Source: Microcoleus sp.
GTDB lineage: Bacteria > Cyanobacteriota > Cyanobacteriia > Cyanobacteriales > Microcoleaceae
DNA: 64,000 nt
Direction of reading: 5' to 3'
NCBI GenBank assembly: GCA_042408215.1
Contig: JAYFMW010000028.1
Coordinates: 344,108-408,107 of the forward strand
Both the position numbers and the translations under genes were made by a program. Shown in pieces: positions 42,034 to 52,908 of this stretch. Position 1 is the stretch's first letter; every line of letters begins with the position of its first letter. The notes under the pieces were generated by a model. The model worked only from the letters and a program-made list of their open reading frames with translations. It was not told the origin of the DNA and ran no database searches.

Positions 42034-43136
42034 AATTAATATCTATCTCACAAGTTAAACTGTAGGTATATTCGGATTTTCAGCCTGAGCATCCCTGCGA
42101 TCTAACTCCTGCATCACCTCACTCGTTAAAGGCTTAACATCTGTGATATTCCTAAAAATAGCAAGATATCCCTTATTGTCACTAGCAAAGTTCGATTCAG
42201 CAACAGTGTAAACAACCTCAGCCAGCTCTAACCCAATTCGTGAAAGTTGCATTTTATCGTCCTGAGACAAATCAACTTCATGCTTGTTCAGCAAAGGTTT
42301 ATAGCGTCTTGCAAGAATATCCAGAATAAAAAATCTACCGTGCTTATAAAACTTCTTTTGTCTGCCAGATTACATTCGCCACAAAATTTCCGCGCCCAAA
42401 AATCTCGTCACACATCACTTTTAAATAATGCGCTTCATTATCATCAATTGTGATCCACAAAGAACCATCATTAGATAATAAATTACGCAAAATCTCTAAA
42501 CGATCGCGCATTAAACCAAGCCAAATAGAATGCTCAATTCCATCATCATAATGTTCAAAAGCTGAGCCTGTATTATATGGCGGATCGATAAAAACACACT
42601 TAACTTTTCCTGTAAACTCAGACTCTAAAGCCTTGAGAGCCAACAAATTATCCCCAAAAATTAAGCGATTATCAAAAATATCATTTTCACTCACCTGATG
42701 AGCAGCATGATAAGACCTCTCAGGATCTTCCAGCAAAATTCGCGGCTCCAGCTTGGGGCGAATATCCTTACCAATCCATGTTAATTCTAGTCTCTGCTTC
42801 TTATTCATAATTAATATCTATCTCACAAGTTAAACTGTAGGTATATTCGGATTTTCAGCCTGAGCATCCCTGCGATCTAACTCCTGCATCACCTCACTCG
42901 TTAAAGGCTTAACATCTGTGATATTCCTAAAAATAGCAAGATATCCCTTATTGTCACTAGCAAAGTTCGATTCAGCAACAGTGTAAACAACCTCAGCCAG
43001 CTCTAACCCAATTCGTGAAAGTTGCATTTTATCGTCCTGAGACAAATCAACTTCATGCTTGTTCAGCAAAGGTTTATAGCGTCTTGCAAGAATATCCAGA
43101 ATAAAAAATCTACCGTGCTTATAAAACTTCTTTTGT
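41579..43136. repeat. About 775-bp tandem duplication (AIPR 3' end plus mod 5' end)
   Basis: mod start at both 42033 and 42808; AIPR stop at both 42055 and 42830. Confidence 0.95.
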
Positions 43137-44533
43137 TGACCTGTTGCAGCCTTTTCTGAAGCCGAAAAAATTTCATCCAGATATTGAAAGATTCGCACAT
43201 AACGACAAAGCGTAACTCCTGAAATCGCATCACTAAACAATATAACATAATAACGCTTATAAAGCTGACTAATTTCTCTCTTTGCTGCAACCACTATTTC
43301 CGTATCACCGCTAAAACAAGCAAGGGCAACTGCCGCCTGTTCAATCGTAATCGCATCCTGACTCCGCTCCGCCGATGGTCGATATTCATAAACAATATTC
43401 GATACCATACATTCCTGTCGCAAACGTTCTTGATTGGGATCTAACGCGGCAAAATAAACATCGCGCACAGCATTTTGCGTATTTCTTGCCCCAGTAATCT
43501 TTTCGCCAATATTATCAGTTTCCGTCCCCACTTCAATAATTGTAACTAATAACTTGGCATCAGCAGATATTGAACCATTAGCATTATAAACAGAGGCGAT
43601 CGCACCCACAGTTTGCGCTCCATTCACAACCGAAAAACCTTTTAAAGTAAATTGAGTTGATTCCTGTTTGTGTCCAGATGGCAAACTAATTGCCGAACAA
43701 GTAATCGTCAGACCATTGTTGAGATAAAATAGTTCAGATGGTTGCTCTTTTACAGTTTCCGCAATCGCTAAGTTAACATCCTCTGCACCTAGGTAATAGC
43801 GGATATTTTTCTCAAAAAGCGACTTATTATGCTGTTGATATAAAGATGCAAGTTCAGAAGCCTTAACCAATCCATAAAATGCCCTACGCGGTCGATCTAA
43901 ACAATGCCAGTTTTCCAACGTCAAGACTACATCAACAGGGGCGATCGCTTGTTTGGCTGTCAACCAACCATGTGTTATGCCAATATTTAGATCTTGCCAT
44001 TCAAAACGTCGATCGAACTGATTCAGTTCAGTTTTTAACTGATGAAGATCCGCAATCACATGAGAGCTAAGGCTTTCATCAAGATATATATTACAGCCAA
44101 ATATTTTTACCCCGTTAGTATTTAAAGCATCTTCAACATCTTGCTGCAAGCGCGTAAAGCCATCATTAAATTTCTGAAAACGTTGATGGACTAAATCTCT
44201 AATCCCATCACAAAATTTTTTATTATCACCCATATTTGGAGCATTCCCCGCCTTAGCCTGTACCAACAAAAGCAATTTTTTCATCCGATCGAAATAAATG
44301 GCATCAATGCCATTGTCATTTTCCCCATTGACAATTGAGTTAGCCGCTTGAGCAGGGGTAAGATCGGCAAGATTGGCGATCGCAAATGCAGCCAAAGAAC
44401 GACTCAATCGATTTTTTTCATGTTGCTCTGGTGTCCAGTTCCTCTGAAGCTGCGCGGTCATTTGAAAATAATCCTGCTTTAGTGCCTCAATAACTTGACT
44501 TTTTTGGGAATTTAAAATTTGTTTTTTATTCAT
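42830..44533 (-). CDS. AIPR family protein (abortive-infection/R-M associated)
   Basis: DNGIDAIY...LVQAK nuclease-like motif; LFEKNIRYYLG, FYLNNGLTI, VVNGAQT, NTQN. Confidence 0.88.
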   Translation of the reverse strand: MNKKQILNSQKSQVIEALKQDYFQMTAQLQRNWTPEQHEKNRLSRSLAAFAIANLADLTPAQAANSIVNGENDNGIDAIYFDRMKKLLLLVQAKAGNAPNMGDNKKFCDGIRDLVHQRFQKFNDGFTRLQQDVEDALNTNGVKIFGCNIYLDESLSSHVIADLHQLKTELNQFDRRFEWQDLNIGITHGWLTAKQAIAPVDVVLTLENWHCLDRPRRAFYGLVKASELASLYQQHNKSLFEKNIRYYLGAEDVNLAIAETVKEQPSELFYLNNGLTITCSAISLPSGHKQESTQFTLKGFSVVNGAQTVGAIASVYNANGSISADAKLLVTIIEVGTETDNIGEKITGARNTQNAVRDVYFAALDPNQERLRQECMVSNIVYEYRPSAERSQDAITIEQAAVALACFSGDTEIVVAAKREISQLYKRYYVILFSDAISGVTLCRYVRIFQYLDEIFSASEKAATGQQKKFYKHGRFFILDILARRYKPLLNKHEVDLSQDDKMQLSRIGLELAEVVYTVAESNFASDNKGYLAIFRNITDVKPLTSEVMQELDRRDAQAENPNIPTV

Positions 44534-44683
44534 TGTTTGGACATTGATACTCTTTTAAAATATACTATCAGTTTTTGCGATCAAAAAATGCGACTATTAA
44601 AGCGATCGCACTACAGAATCAATTCAGAGAAACAAGAAACAAGGAGGAGGGTTTTTTAACGATTCCCCCCCTTCCCCTTCGAG

Positions 44684-45886
44684 TTAAAAATCCCTCAATT
44701 GAGCCGTTTGAACAACAACATCTTTCGTCTGAAAACCCCGCCGCAATTTCAGCTTCAAACTTTGACCGATTTGGCTATTTTCCACCAGATTTTGCAACTG
44801 TTCCGCCGTCGTGACAAATTCGCCGTCAATTTGCACGATCGCATCTCCCTTACGAATCCCCGCTTTCTCAGCAGGCGTATTTGGCACAACTCGCATCACT
44901 AAAACCCCCTTAACTTCCGGTACGATCAAAACAGCATTAGGATCGGCGTTATTCTCTCTGGCAATTTCAGGAGTCAAATCAATCATCTGAATTCCCAAAA
45001 ACGGGTGACTGACTTGTTCTCCCTTGGCTAACTGTGCGTAAATAGCTTTAGCTTTGTTGATGGGAATCGCAAAGCCAATACCCATTGCATCGGCTCGAAT
45101 CGCCGTGTTAATCCCAATCACTTCTCCTGAACCGTTTAACAGCGGACCCCCGGAATTGCCGGGATTGATGGCGGCGTCTGTTTGAATGAAATCGAGGCGT
45201 TTGTCGGGAATACCCACGGCTGCGCTCGATCGCTTCAAGGTGCTGATAATTCCCAAGGTGACGGTGTTGTTGTATCCTAGCGGGTTTCCCACGGCGATCG
45301 CCCAATCTCCCACTTTCACCGCATCAGAATCTCCCAAAGCTGCTGTCGGTAAGTTAACACCCTTAGTATTAATTTTGACAACCGCCAAATCTGTCACTTC
45401 GTCCGTACCTAACACTTCTCCCGGAAAAATACTGCCGTCATTTAAGGTGACAGTCACTCGATCGGCTTTGTCCACTACGTGAGCGTTGGTTAAAACAGTC
45501 CCGCTTTTGTCGATCGCGAAGCCGGAACCTTGACCCCGCAAGCGTTCTTGTCTGGGTACTTGGGTACGGAATTCGTCTCCGAAAAATCTACCAAAGAAGG
45601 GGTCTTCGAGGAATGGATCGAGGTTGCGATTGACAGTGCGCTCGGTATCAATTCGCACAACAGCAGGCCCGACTCGATCGACTGCTGCGGTGACAAAGCT
45701 ATTGTTGCTAGCAGTCGCGGGGAGTTCCGTGCCCCGGAGTGCCAACTTTTGGGGATTTGGGACAGTCGCTGATGCTGGTGCTGGGCTGATTGTCCAAGCA
45801 TTTAGGGCGATCGTAATTGCTAAAATTAGGCTGAACAGGCGAGCCACATTTCGGGGTGCTGGGCGAAAAAACTTGAATATTCCCAT
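44684..45886 (-). CDS. hhoA: HtrA/Deg family serine protease, HhoA-like
   Basis: [36 protein letters not shown]; signal peptide. Confidence 0.93.
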   Translation of the reverse strand: MGIFKFFRPAPRNVARLFSLILAITIALNAWTISPAPASATVPNPQKLALRGTELPATASNNSFVTAAVDRVGPAVVRIDTERTVNRNLDPFLEDPFFGRFFGDEFRTQVPRQERLRGQGSGFAIDKSGTVLTNAHVVDKADRVTVTLNDGSIFPGEVLGTDEVTDLAVVKINTKGVNLPTAALGDSDAVKVGDWAIAVGNPLGYNNTVTLGIISTLKRSSAAVGIPDKRLDFIQTDAAINPGNSGGPLLNGSGEVIGINTAIRADAMGIGFAIPINKAKAIYAQLAKGEQVSHPFLGIQMIDLTPEIARENNADPNAVLIVPEVKGVLVMRVVPNTPAEKAGIRKGDAIVQIDGEFVTTAEQLQNLVENSQIGQSLKLKLRRGFQTKDVVVQTAQLRDF

Positions 45887-46093
45887 AGCGTGAATTTTAT
45901 GCTTACTGAGTTAGTGAGGTTTTGGAGTTCTCGCAGGAAGTACATCTTAAGAACTCTCACATATATTTTGCCAAATTGTCAGCCCCTTCGTTCGGAGCAA
46001 CGTTTTCTTCGAGGCGTGGGTTAGAATAAATTAAGTCAGGAACCGTACACAAACTCAAGATATTCTGAATTCTCACTATTAAATTTTACCCCG

Positions 46094-46447
46094 ATGCTCC
46101 TATCTGATACTTCTGCTGACAAATCTTTGCCCTCAAATTCCCACCACCATCACGACGATCGCTCAGCCCACCCTCACCATCACGATGAAGAATCCCTGCG
46201 GCGGCTTGTCAATCGCTTGTCTCGGATTGAGGGACACGTTCGGGGTATTAAAACAATGGTGCAGGAAAATCGTCCTTGTCCAGAAGTTCTCGTACAAGTT
46301 GCTGCGGTTCGAGGCGCCCTCGATCGGGTAGCGAGAATCATTCTTGATGAACATTTAACTCAATGTATTGCTAGAGCCGCTAAAGAAGGCAATATCGATA
46401 CGGAAATCGAAGAGTTGAAAGCGGCTTTAGATCGGTTTTTGCCTTAG
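46094..46447 (+). CDS. inrS: CsoR/RcnR family nickel-sensing repressor, InrS-like
   Basis: His-rich N-terminus, NRLSRIEGHVRG, RPCPEVL, EHLTQC. Confidence 0.88.
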   Translation: MLLSDTSADKSLPSNSHHHHDDRSAHPHHHDEESLRRLVNRLSRIEGHVRGIKTMVQENRPCPEVLVQVAAVRGALDRVARIILDEHLTQCIARAAKEGNIDTEIEELKAALDRFLP

Positions 46448-46615
46448 ACACTGAAAAATTTTATAATCAAAATTACGAAAATTCCCAGGTAATATCAATT
46501 CCGGTGGCATCGGAATTAATAGTAGCCGAAATTAGGAGACGGCAGTGCCGTGTCCCTACAATTAATCTGGCGTAGGGACACGGCAATGCCGTGTCCGACC
46601 TTGCTCAGTAGTTAT

Positions 46616-47086
46616 CTAGACTTTCGTCAGCTTAGCTTTGAGTTGGTATCTTACTGTTGCGTAAACGGCTTTATAAGAAGCCTCAATCTTGTATTCCTGC
46701 TGCAACCAATCTTGAATTTCTCCATAAGTTTTGAAGCCTTTTTGGGGGTCGCTGAGCTGTACTGCCAAACTAGCGCGTGCCATAGGATGAATGGCGGGCT
46801 TGCGGCCACCGCTGTGCTTTGTTTCTAGGAGTCCTTCGAGTCCGTCAGAGCGGTACTTTCTCAGCCACCGCTGCACGGTGATCCGGTTCACGCCGATCGT
46901 CAGTGCCAATTCTTTAACTGTCTTAACTTGACAAATTTTGAACAGGTACAATGCTTGGATTTTTTGAAAGCCACTTGCCGTTTTTTGTTCGGTTAATAAA
47001 CTTTTCAATTCTTCGATTGTCTCTGTGATGCTAAGTTTACACACTCCAGACATACCAATTACCTCACGATGATTAATTTTCTGCAA
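46616..47086 (-). mobile_element. IS630 family transposase HTH part (no DDE part adjacent)
   Basis: IQALYL, IGVNRITVQRWLRKYRSDGLEGLL, GGRKP, EIQDWL...VRYQLKAK. Confidence 0.82.
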
Positions 47087-47989
47087 TAGCTTTGCTTGAC
47101 GAAATAGCCAAATCCGCCTCTAGTTTACTATTAACTTTTTGCGGGCATCTTAGCAATATAAAAAGGATTTAATGAAAATGTTTGATACCAAAAGCATCAT
47201 TAATAATGCTAATATCCAGGTGAATTAATCGACGGGGATATTAGCTGCAAGTTGAGTTTTTAGGCAGAATTTTTTTTATTTATGCTATAGACAATATCCT
47301 GATTTATTATTATGTATTAGTAATTTTGGCGCATTTATTTGGGATTGTCAATGATTAGCCCCTCGCCAACCAATAGGATTTGTTTGTACAGCAGCCACTG
47401 TCGATCGCCACTCAAGATTCATCTGCAATTACGATCGCACTCCTGAGACGTTCCCTTACAGAAGTGCATGAAAGGTGGGGGCTGTTCGAGAAATCCTCTG
47501 ATTTGGGCACTCTCATCAGCCAGCGCCCGCGGCGAGTAAGTTTACAACAGACAAGCTGCAACTGACAAGTATCAGTGAAACTACTTGCTCCCTCGCGAGT
47601 TGAGTAAAACACGCAGAAGGTGGCATGAACAATTGGAAAACAGTACAGTACCAGTATCGGCTATTTTTTCCAGATCGTCGTGATCGAAAAGACAATTCTA
47701 TGTGATACTACCAACACCTAAATGTGACCTAAATCACATACATACTCAGTACACTCAACTATGCACAAAAAAGTTACATTGATTTTTCAGTGAAAAATGC
47801 TCAGCCAAACAGGACTGCCAACAAATCCTTCGACCCGCAATATATCTAGGAGTAAGCAGGGCCCCGTAAACCAGCCAGTTAGAGTCTCTCGTTACCTGAT
47901 TTATGGGCAGCAAACTGTTAATATTTAGTTCCACTAGCCTCAATAAAAGCTATTTTAGATTTTATATTTTGGATTTTGGACGGTTAATC

Positions 47990-48763
47990 ATGAAACTCAG
48001 AATCCTCGCTGCTGCAACGTTGCTGAGTGCGATCGGCCCCTTGTCTCCTGCATCCGCCGAAAACATACAGCACACGCAACAATTACTAGCCACCCGACAG
48101 TGCCCCAACTGCGACCTTAGCGGTACAGGTCTGGTTTTAGCCAACTTAACAGGAGCCAATCTCAAAGGTGCTGACTTGAGCCGCGCCAACCTCAGCAGAG
48201 CCAACTTAACAGGAGCCGACCTCAGCGGAGCCAACCTTAGCGGCACCAGTCTGTTTGGCGTCAACCTGACTGGGGCCAACCTCAGCGGAGCCAACCTCAG
48301 CGGGGCTGACTTGAGGAGTGCCTATCTCAGCGACGCCAATTTGCTCAACGCTAATTTAACAAACGCACAATTGTTAGGAGTTAGAGGAATGCCAACTAAT
48401 ATTGGCACTGCTGAAGACTTCTACAGACTCGGAGTGATCGAGGCTCAAGCTGGAAACTACAGAAACGCCGTAGATTATTACAACCAAGCCCTCAATCTGA
48501 AATCAGATTTAGCCGCAGTTTATTTGGCGCGCAGTATGTCTCGCGCTGACTTGGGAGACTTCGCCGGCGCTACTCTGGATGCTGGGCGAGCTCAGGAACT
48601 CTTTGCTGCTCAAGGAAATGCCCAAGGTCAAGAACTGTCAAAGCAGTTAACCGAAGCAATTGTAGCGCGTCAAAAGCCAACAGAACCGCGCACCGGAGGC
48701 AGCGGCAACTTCATGAGCGTACTGGGTTCTTTAGGTTCTGTGCTGCTGCGGTTGCTGTTTTGA
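47990..48763 (+). CDS. Pentapeptide repeat plus TPR protein with signal peptide
   Basis: LLATRQCPNCDL, A(N/D)LxG repeats, TPR; start at MKLRIL preferred. Confidence 0.92.
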   Translation: MKLRILAAATLLSAIGPLSPASAENIQHTQQLLATRQCPNCDLSGTGLVLANLTGANLKGADLSRANLSRANLTGADLSGANLSGTSLFGVNLTGANLSGANLSGADLRSAYLSDANLLNANLTNAQLLGVRGMPTNIGTAEDFYRLGVIEAQAGNYRNAVDYYNQALNLKSDLAAVYLARSMSRADLGDFAGATLDAGRAQELFAAQGNAQGQELSKQLTEAIVARQKPTEPRTGGSGNFMSVLGSLGSVLLRLLF

Positions 48764-48806
48764 ATAATCCGCTGATCCCCAGAAAAAACTGGCATCAAAA
48801 ACATTA

Positions 48807-51800
48807 CTAATTCACGGGAATCTCAATCCTGAATTCAGTACCCAGACCAGGTAGAGAAACACATTTCAGTATCCCTTTGTGCTTCTCTACTATAATTTGG
48901 TAACTGATAGAAAGTCCTAATCCTGTGCCTCGACCAACCGGTTTAGTAGTAAAAAACGGATTAAATATGTAAGAGATTAACTCTTTGGAGATACCGTGGC
49001 CGTTGTCTGCCATGCAAATTGCTACGGTTTTTTCGTCTATTAATTGAGTGCGAATCCGAATGCAAGGAGATAGAATATCGGGAATTAAACACTCGTTACT
49101 GACTGTTGTATTTCCAGAAGCAACAGCAATTTTTTCGGAGCTTAAACTTGTCACTGCTGCACTTGCTCTCAGTGCGGCTGCTCCCGTAATTCGTTCTATC
49201 TGTCCCATTTCTATGGCGTCAACGGCATTGCTAATCAGATTCATAAACACTTGATTCAGTGAGCTGGCGTAGCATTCCACTAGCGGCAAATTCCCGTACT
49301 CTTTAATGATTTCTATGGCTTTCCGATCGGACGTGGCTTTGATCCGGTGCTGCAAAATCAACAGGGTACTGTCGATACCTTCGTGAATGTCAACGCCTGT
49401 CTTTTCGGCTCGATCGAGCCGAGAAAAATTTCGTAAAGATACAACCAACTGGCGGATGCGCTCAGCTCCCACTTTCATGGAGTCCAAAATTTTCGGCAAA
49501 TCTTCGGCCAGAAATTCTAAGTCGATCGCCTCTTCGCACTCACTGATTTCTGGGTTGGGGTTGGGAGTGTGCTGGCGGTAAAGTTCCACCAAGCAGAGCA
49601 AATCTCTGCTGTATTCGTTGGCGTGGGACAGATTACCGTAGATAAAATTAACGGGGTTATTGATTTCGTGGGCCACGCCAGCCACCAGTTGTCCGAGGCT
49701 GGACATTTTTTCGGTTTGAATCAGTTGGGCTTGGGTATTTTGCAGTTGGGCGAGGGTTTTAGCTAGCTGTTCGGCTTTGAAAAGCTCGGCGGCGGCTGCA
49801 TTCAGACTTGCTTGATAAAGTTCTGCTTGGTGAATGGCGATCGCAGCTTCATCGGCTAAATTTTGCAGCAATTCCTGTTCTGCTGTTTGCCAAACTCTGG
49901 GCCCGGAACACTCATGGACAATCAGCAATCCCCAAAATTGGGTAGATGCGCCGATCGGCACAATTACACTTCCCCTCACCTGCAAACTTGACAAGAATTC
50001 GCGGTGACAAGGCGTTAAATCCGCAGAGTAAATGTCATTAATAGCCCGCACCTTTCCTTCTCTATAAAAACATGACGACCCTTCGGGAAAGCATTGTTCT
50101 GGAGATTTTACACCCAAAATTGACTGCCAGTCACCGCGAACAGCTTCGACAACTACTTCCCCCTGTTTTTCCTCAGCAAATTGGTAAATTACTGTGCGAT
50201 CGGTATCCAGTAAAACTCTCACTTCTCGCACAATAGTTTGGAGTATTGTTTTTAAATCCAAAGAGCTACGAATTTGATCTCTAACTCGCGTCAATACTTT
50301 GGCAAAGTCCAAGGATTTTTGCAATTGGGCGGTACGTTCTTCGACTTGACGCTCCAAGTTGGCATTCAGAGCCTGCACTTCTTGATGCAGAACGTACTGT
50401 TGAATTGCCGAACAGAATTGGCGGCCTATAGCTTTAGCTTGCTCGATTTCGTCCCAATTCCATTGAGGTGACTGACCTTTTTTGATTTCTCGCCAGACTT
50501 CAAAGGATTGTCTGGGAAGCATTTGTTGAACGCTGGTGTCAAAGCGTCCAGCCCACATTTTTTCGGTATCAATTTCATTGCGAAAAATAGTCAAACAGCC
50601 GATTAATTGCTGTTGGTAGTGGAGGGGAATTACCAGCAACCCCCGAATTTTAGTAGATTTAAAAGCTGGAACTAAGACTCTAAATAATGGTTCTTTGTAT
50701 AAGTCTGTAACTACCCAAACTGGGAAGGGCGAACCTGTGGGGAACTGGGAAATATCTGCGGTATTTGTCAATCCTTTTGTTAGCAATTGCTGCCACAGAG
50801 GATGGGCTTCGATCGCCCTTGCTTTTTCCCAGTCTGGAAGTATGGGTTGCTCGCCTGTGGCGAACAGCTCAAAGGCTGAATCGGCGGTGGAAACAGCAGT
50901 TGTCATCTGATTATTTGTGGCAATTTGAACAAGCCGATCGATTTTCGGAGTCGATAACTTTTCAGCATTGATGTTCGGGGCGTTGATGTAGAGTCTGCCA
51001 CCGCAGCCCTCCATCGCGGTGACTGTTGCTTCTAAGGCTTGCTGCAATTGAATTTTGGACTGCCCGTACAGTAGGGTTGCTATGCGGCTGACTGTTGCTT
51101 CCAGGGTGGCTTGAGAGCGGGTTTGTTGGAGGAGAATGGAGTGAGCGATCGCGATCGACAATTGATCTGCTACGAGCTGAACTACTTCTAATTCTGTTTG
51201 GTAAATATTGCGGGAGGTGGAGTGGTGAGATACTAAAAGTCCCCACAGTTTGATGTGAGTTTGGCTACTGTTTTCTCGATCGGATCTCGTCAGCCACTCC
51301 GGCGAATCCCAGATGTCTGTTTTGCTGTTTGTTAGCCCGCTCCTGCGGTGTAAAATTGGCACGACTACGGAAGATTGCACTCCCATTGCCATCAGATAAG
51401 CTCTGTGACAAGGAGCGAGCGATCGGTAGTGGAGCTCGTCATTTGCTAAAGGTTGACCTGTTGCCGCCTCATCGAGGGGACTCAGGACGATCGTGGCGGA
51501 GTTAACATCTACTATTGTCCGCTGGCGCTGGCTGACATATATCTCGCGGGCGTGGGGGGGAATGTCATCTGCTGGAAAGTTTAGTCCTTTCAAGGAAGGG
51601 AGACGATTGCTATTAATTGACTCTGCCACAACTTCTCCGCTACCATCGGCACTAAACCTGTAAATCATGATGCGATCTGTTTTCAAATAATCCCGCACTT
51701 CTCCTACTGTACAGGTTAAGATTTCTTCTAATTCTAAAGATTGGCGGATGCGTTCTGTAATCCGGCGCACCAAGACTTCTCTGTCTAGTTTTTCATATAA

Positions 51801-51830
51801 TCCTTCGGGATGATTTTCTGTCAATTTCAT
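48807..51830 (-). CDS. Knotless phytochrome histidine kinase (GAF-GAF/PHY-GAF-HK), AphC-like
   Basis: FPADDIP and PCH in GAF1, WAG and PRQSF tongue in domain 2, EQCF and PCH in GAF3, VAHEINNP H-box; ATG 51830 has a GGAG RBS. Confidence 0.88.
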   Translation of the reverse strand: MKLTENHPEGLYEKLDREVLVRRITERIRQSLELEEILTCTVGEVRDYLKTDRIMIYRFSADGSGEVVAESINSNRLPSLKGLNFPADDIPPHAREIYVSQRQRTIVDVNSATIVLSPLDEAATGQPLANDELHYRSLAPCHRAYLMAMGVQSSVVVPILHRRSGLTNSKTDIWDSPEWLTRSDRENSSQTHIKLWGLLVSHHSTSRNIYQTELEVVQLVADQLSIAIAHSILLQQTRSQATLEATVSRIATLLYGQSKIQLQQALEATVTAMEGCGGRLYINAPNINAEKLSTPKIDRLVQIATNNQMTTAVSTADSAFELFATGEQPILPDWEKARAIEAHPLWQQLLTKGLTNTADISQFPTGSPFPVWVVTDLYKEPLFRVLVPAFKSTKIRGLLVIPLHYQQQLIGCLTIFRNEIDTEKMWAGRFDTSVQQMLPRQSFEVWREIKKGQSPQWNWDEIEQAKAIGRQFCSAIQQYVLHQEVQALNANLERQVEERTAQLQKSLDFAKVLTRVRDQIRSSLDLKTILQTIVREVRVLLDTDRTVIYQFAEEKQGEVVVEAVRGDWQSILGVKSPEQCFPEGSSCFYREGKVRAINDIYSADLTPCHREFLSSLQVRGSVIVPIGASTQFWGLLIVHECSGPRVWQTAEQELLQNLADEAAIAIHQAELYQASLNAAAAELFKAEQLAKTLAQLQNTQAQLIQTEKMSSLGQLVAGVAHEINNPVNFIYGNLSHANEYSRDLLCLVELYRQHTPNPNPEISECEEAIDLEFLAEDLPKILDSMKVGAERIRQLVVSLRNFSRLDRAEKTGVDIHEGIDSTLLILQHRIKATSDRKAIEIIKEYGNLPLVECYASSLNQVFMNLISNAVDAIEMGQIERITGAAALRASAAVTSLSSEKIAVASGNTTVSNECLIPDILSPCIRIRTQLIDEKTVAICMADNGHGISKELISYIFNPFFTTKPVGRGTGLGLSISYQIIVEKHKGILKCVSLPGLGTEFRIEIPVN

Positions 51831-52239
51831 AAATCTCCTCTTGAGCAAAGGTAATAATAAGAAGTTTTCAATTGATGTAGATTTGGAGGTTCCCGGAGGA
51901 AACACTCTGAGGTTAAACTCGAATATGTTAGATTTGTCGGGGGTTAAAGAAGAATTTAACAAATAACGAATCAGCACTTCGGCTAGGCGAGCGTGACCGC
52001 ACTTCGGCTACGCGAGCGTGACCGCCGGAGCTGATCTGACAGGCTGCGGAAAATCTGCGATCGTTAATTTTAGCCTTTGCCTTCACCAAGCTGAGCGACT
52101 TTAAGCTAATTATAATAATCTGATAAAATTTTCGCAATCTTAATTTTTTTTTTACATTAATTATTAATAATTATATAATCTTATTATTTCTTTATATTTA
52201 TTTATATTTAGGCAAGTAATTTGATAATGAGAATTTTTC

Positions 52240-52695
52240 TCAGTTAGCAAGGTCTTCAGAAATTTCGCGCCGCACACGCATCAGAATTTTACCCAAATGA
52301 TTTTGCCCCGTTTGGTCACAGCCGCAGCCCCAGTAGTAATCCGTTGGCGAATTCTCCACAATCAGTCGATCGCCTGTGGCGAGGAGAATAGCTTGAATGT
52401 CCGCATGGGTGATAAACTTAGTTTTAACTGCTTCGCCCATGATGGGAATTTTAACTGCTTCCCACTCTGGGCGAACGCGGTGGTTTGGAGCGCGGCCCAA
52501 CTTGGCTGCTTCTTGAGGAGTTGGTACGGCTCGAATCATCGCAACTAATCTTTCATCTGCACTCCCCACAAATTTTTGAGCCTGATAGTAGTGTTCTACC
52601 GTCAACCAGTCTTGACCGTTTATGCAAATACCGTGCTGTGAAAAATTAGAAAAACAGCCGTAAGGATCTTCTACTTTATAAAAATAAATTGTCAT
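52240..52695 (-). CDS. NADAR (YbiA) family N-glycosidase
   Basis: FSNFS, TVEHYYQAQKF, ENSPTDYYWG, GQNHLGKILMRVR. Confidence 0.93.
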   Translation of the reverse strand: MTIYFYKVEDPYGCFSNFSQHGICINGQDWLTVEHYYQAQKFVGSADERLVAMIRAVPTPQEAAKLGRAPNHRVRPEWEAVKIPIMGEAVKTKFITHADIQAILLATGDRLIVENSPTDYYWGCGCDQTGQNHLGKILMRVRREISEDLAN

Positions 52696-52699
52696 TCGA

Positions 52700-52902
52700 T
52701 TTTAGAATGGGGAATTGGGCATTGGGAATTGGGCATTGGGCCGAAAAGCATTGGGCCGAAAAGCATTGGGCATTGGAAGCAACCAATAACTAATAACTAA
52801 TGACTAATGACTAATGACTAATAACTAATAACTAATGACTAATGACTAATAACTAATGACTAATGACTAATGACTACTGACTAATGACTACTGACTAATG
52901 AC
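52700..52902. repeat. STRR arrays
   Basis: GGGCATT/GGGAATT and TAACTAA/TGACTAA tandem units. Confidence 0.9.
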
Positions 52903-52908
52903 TTCTTG

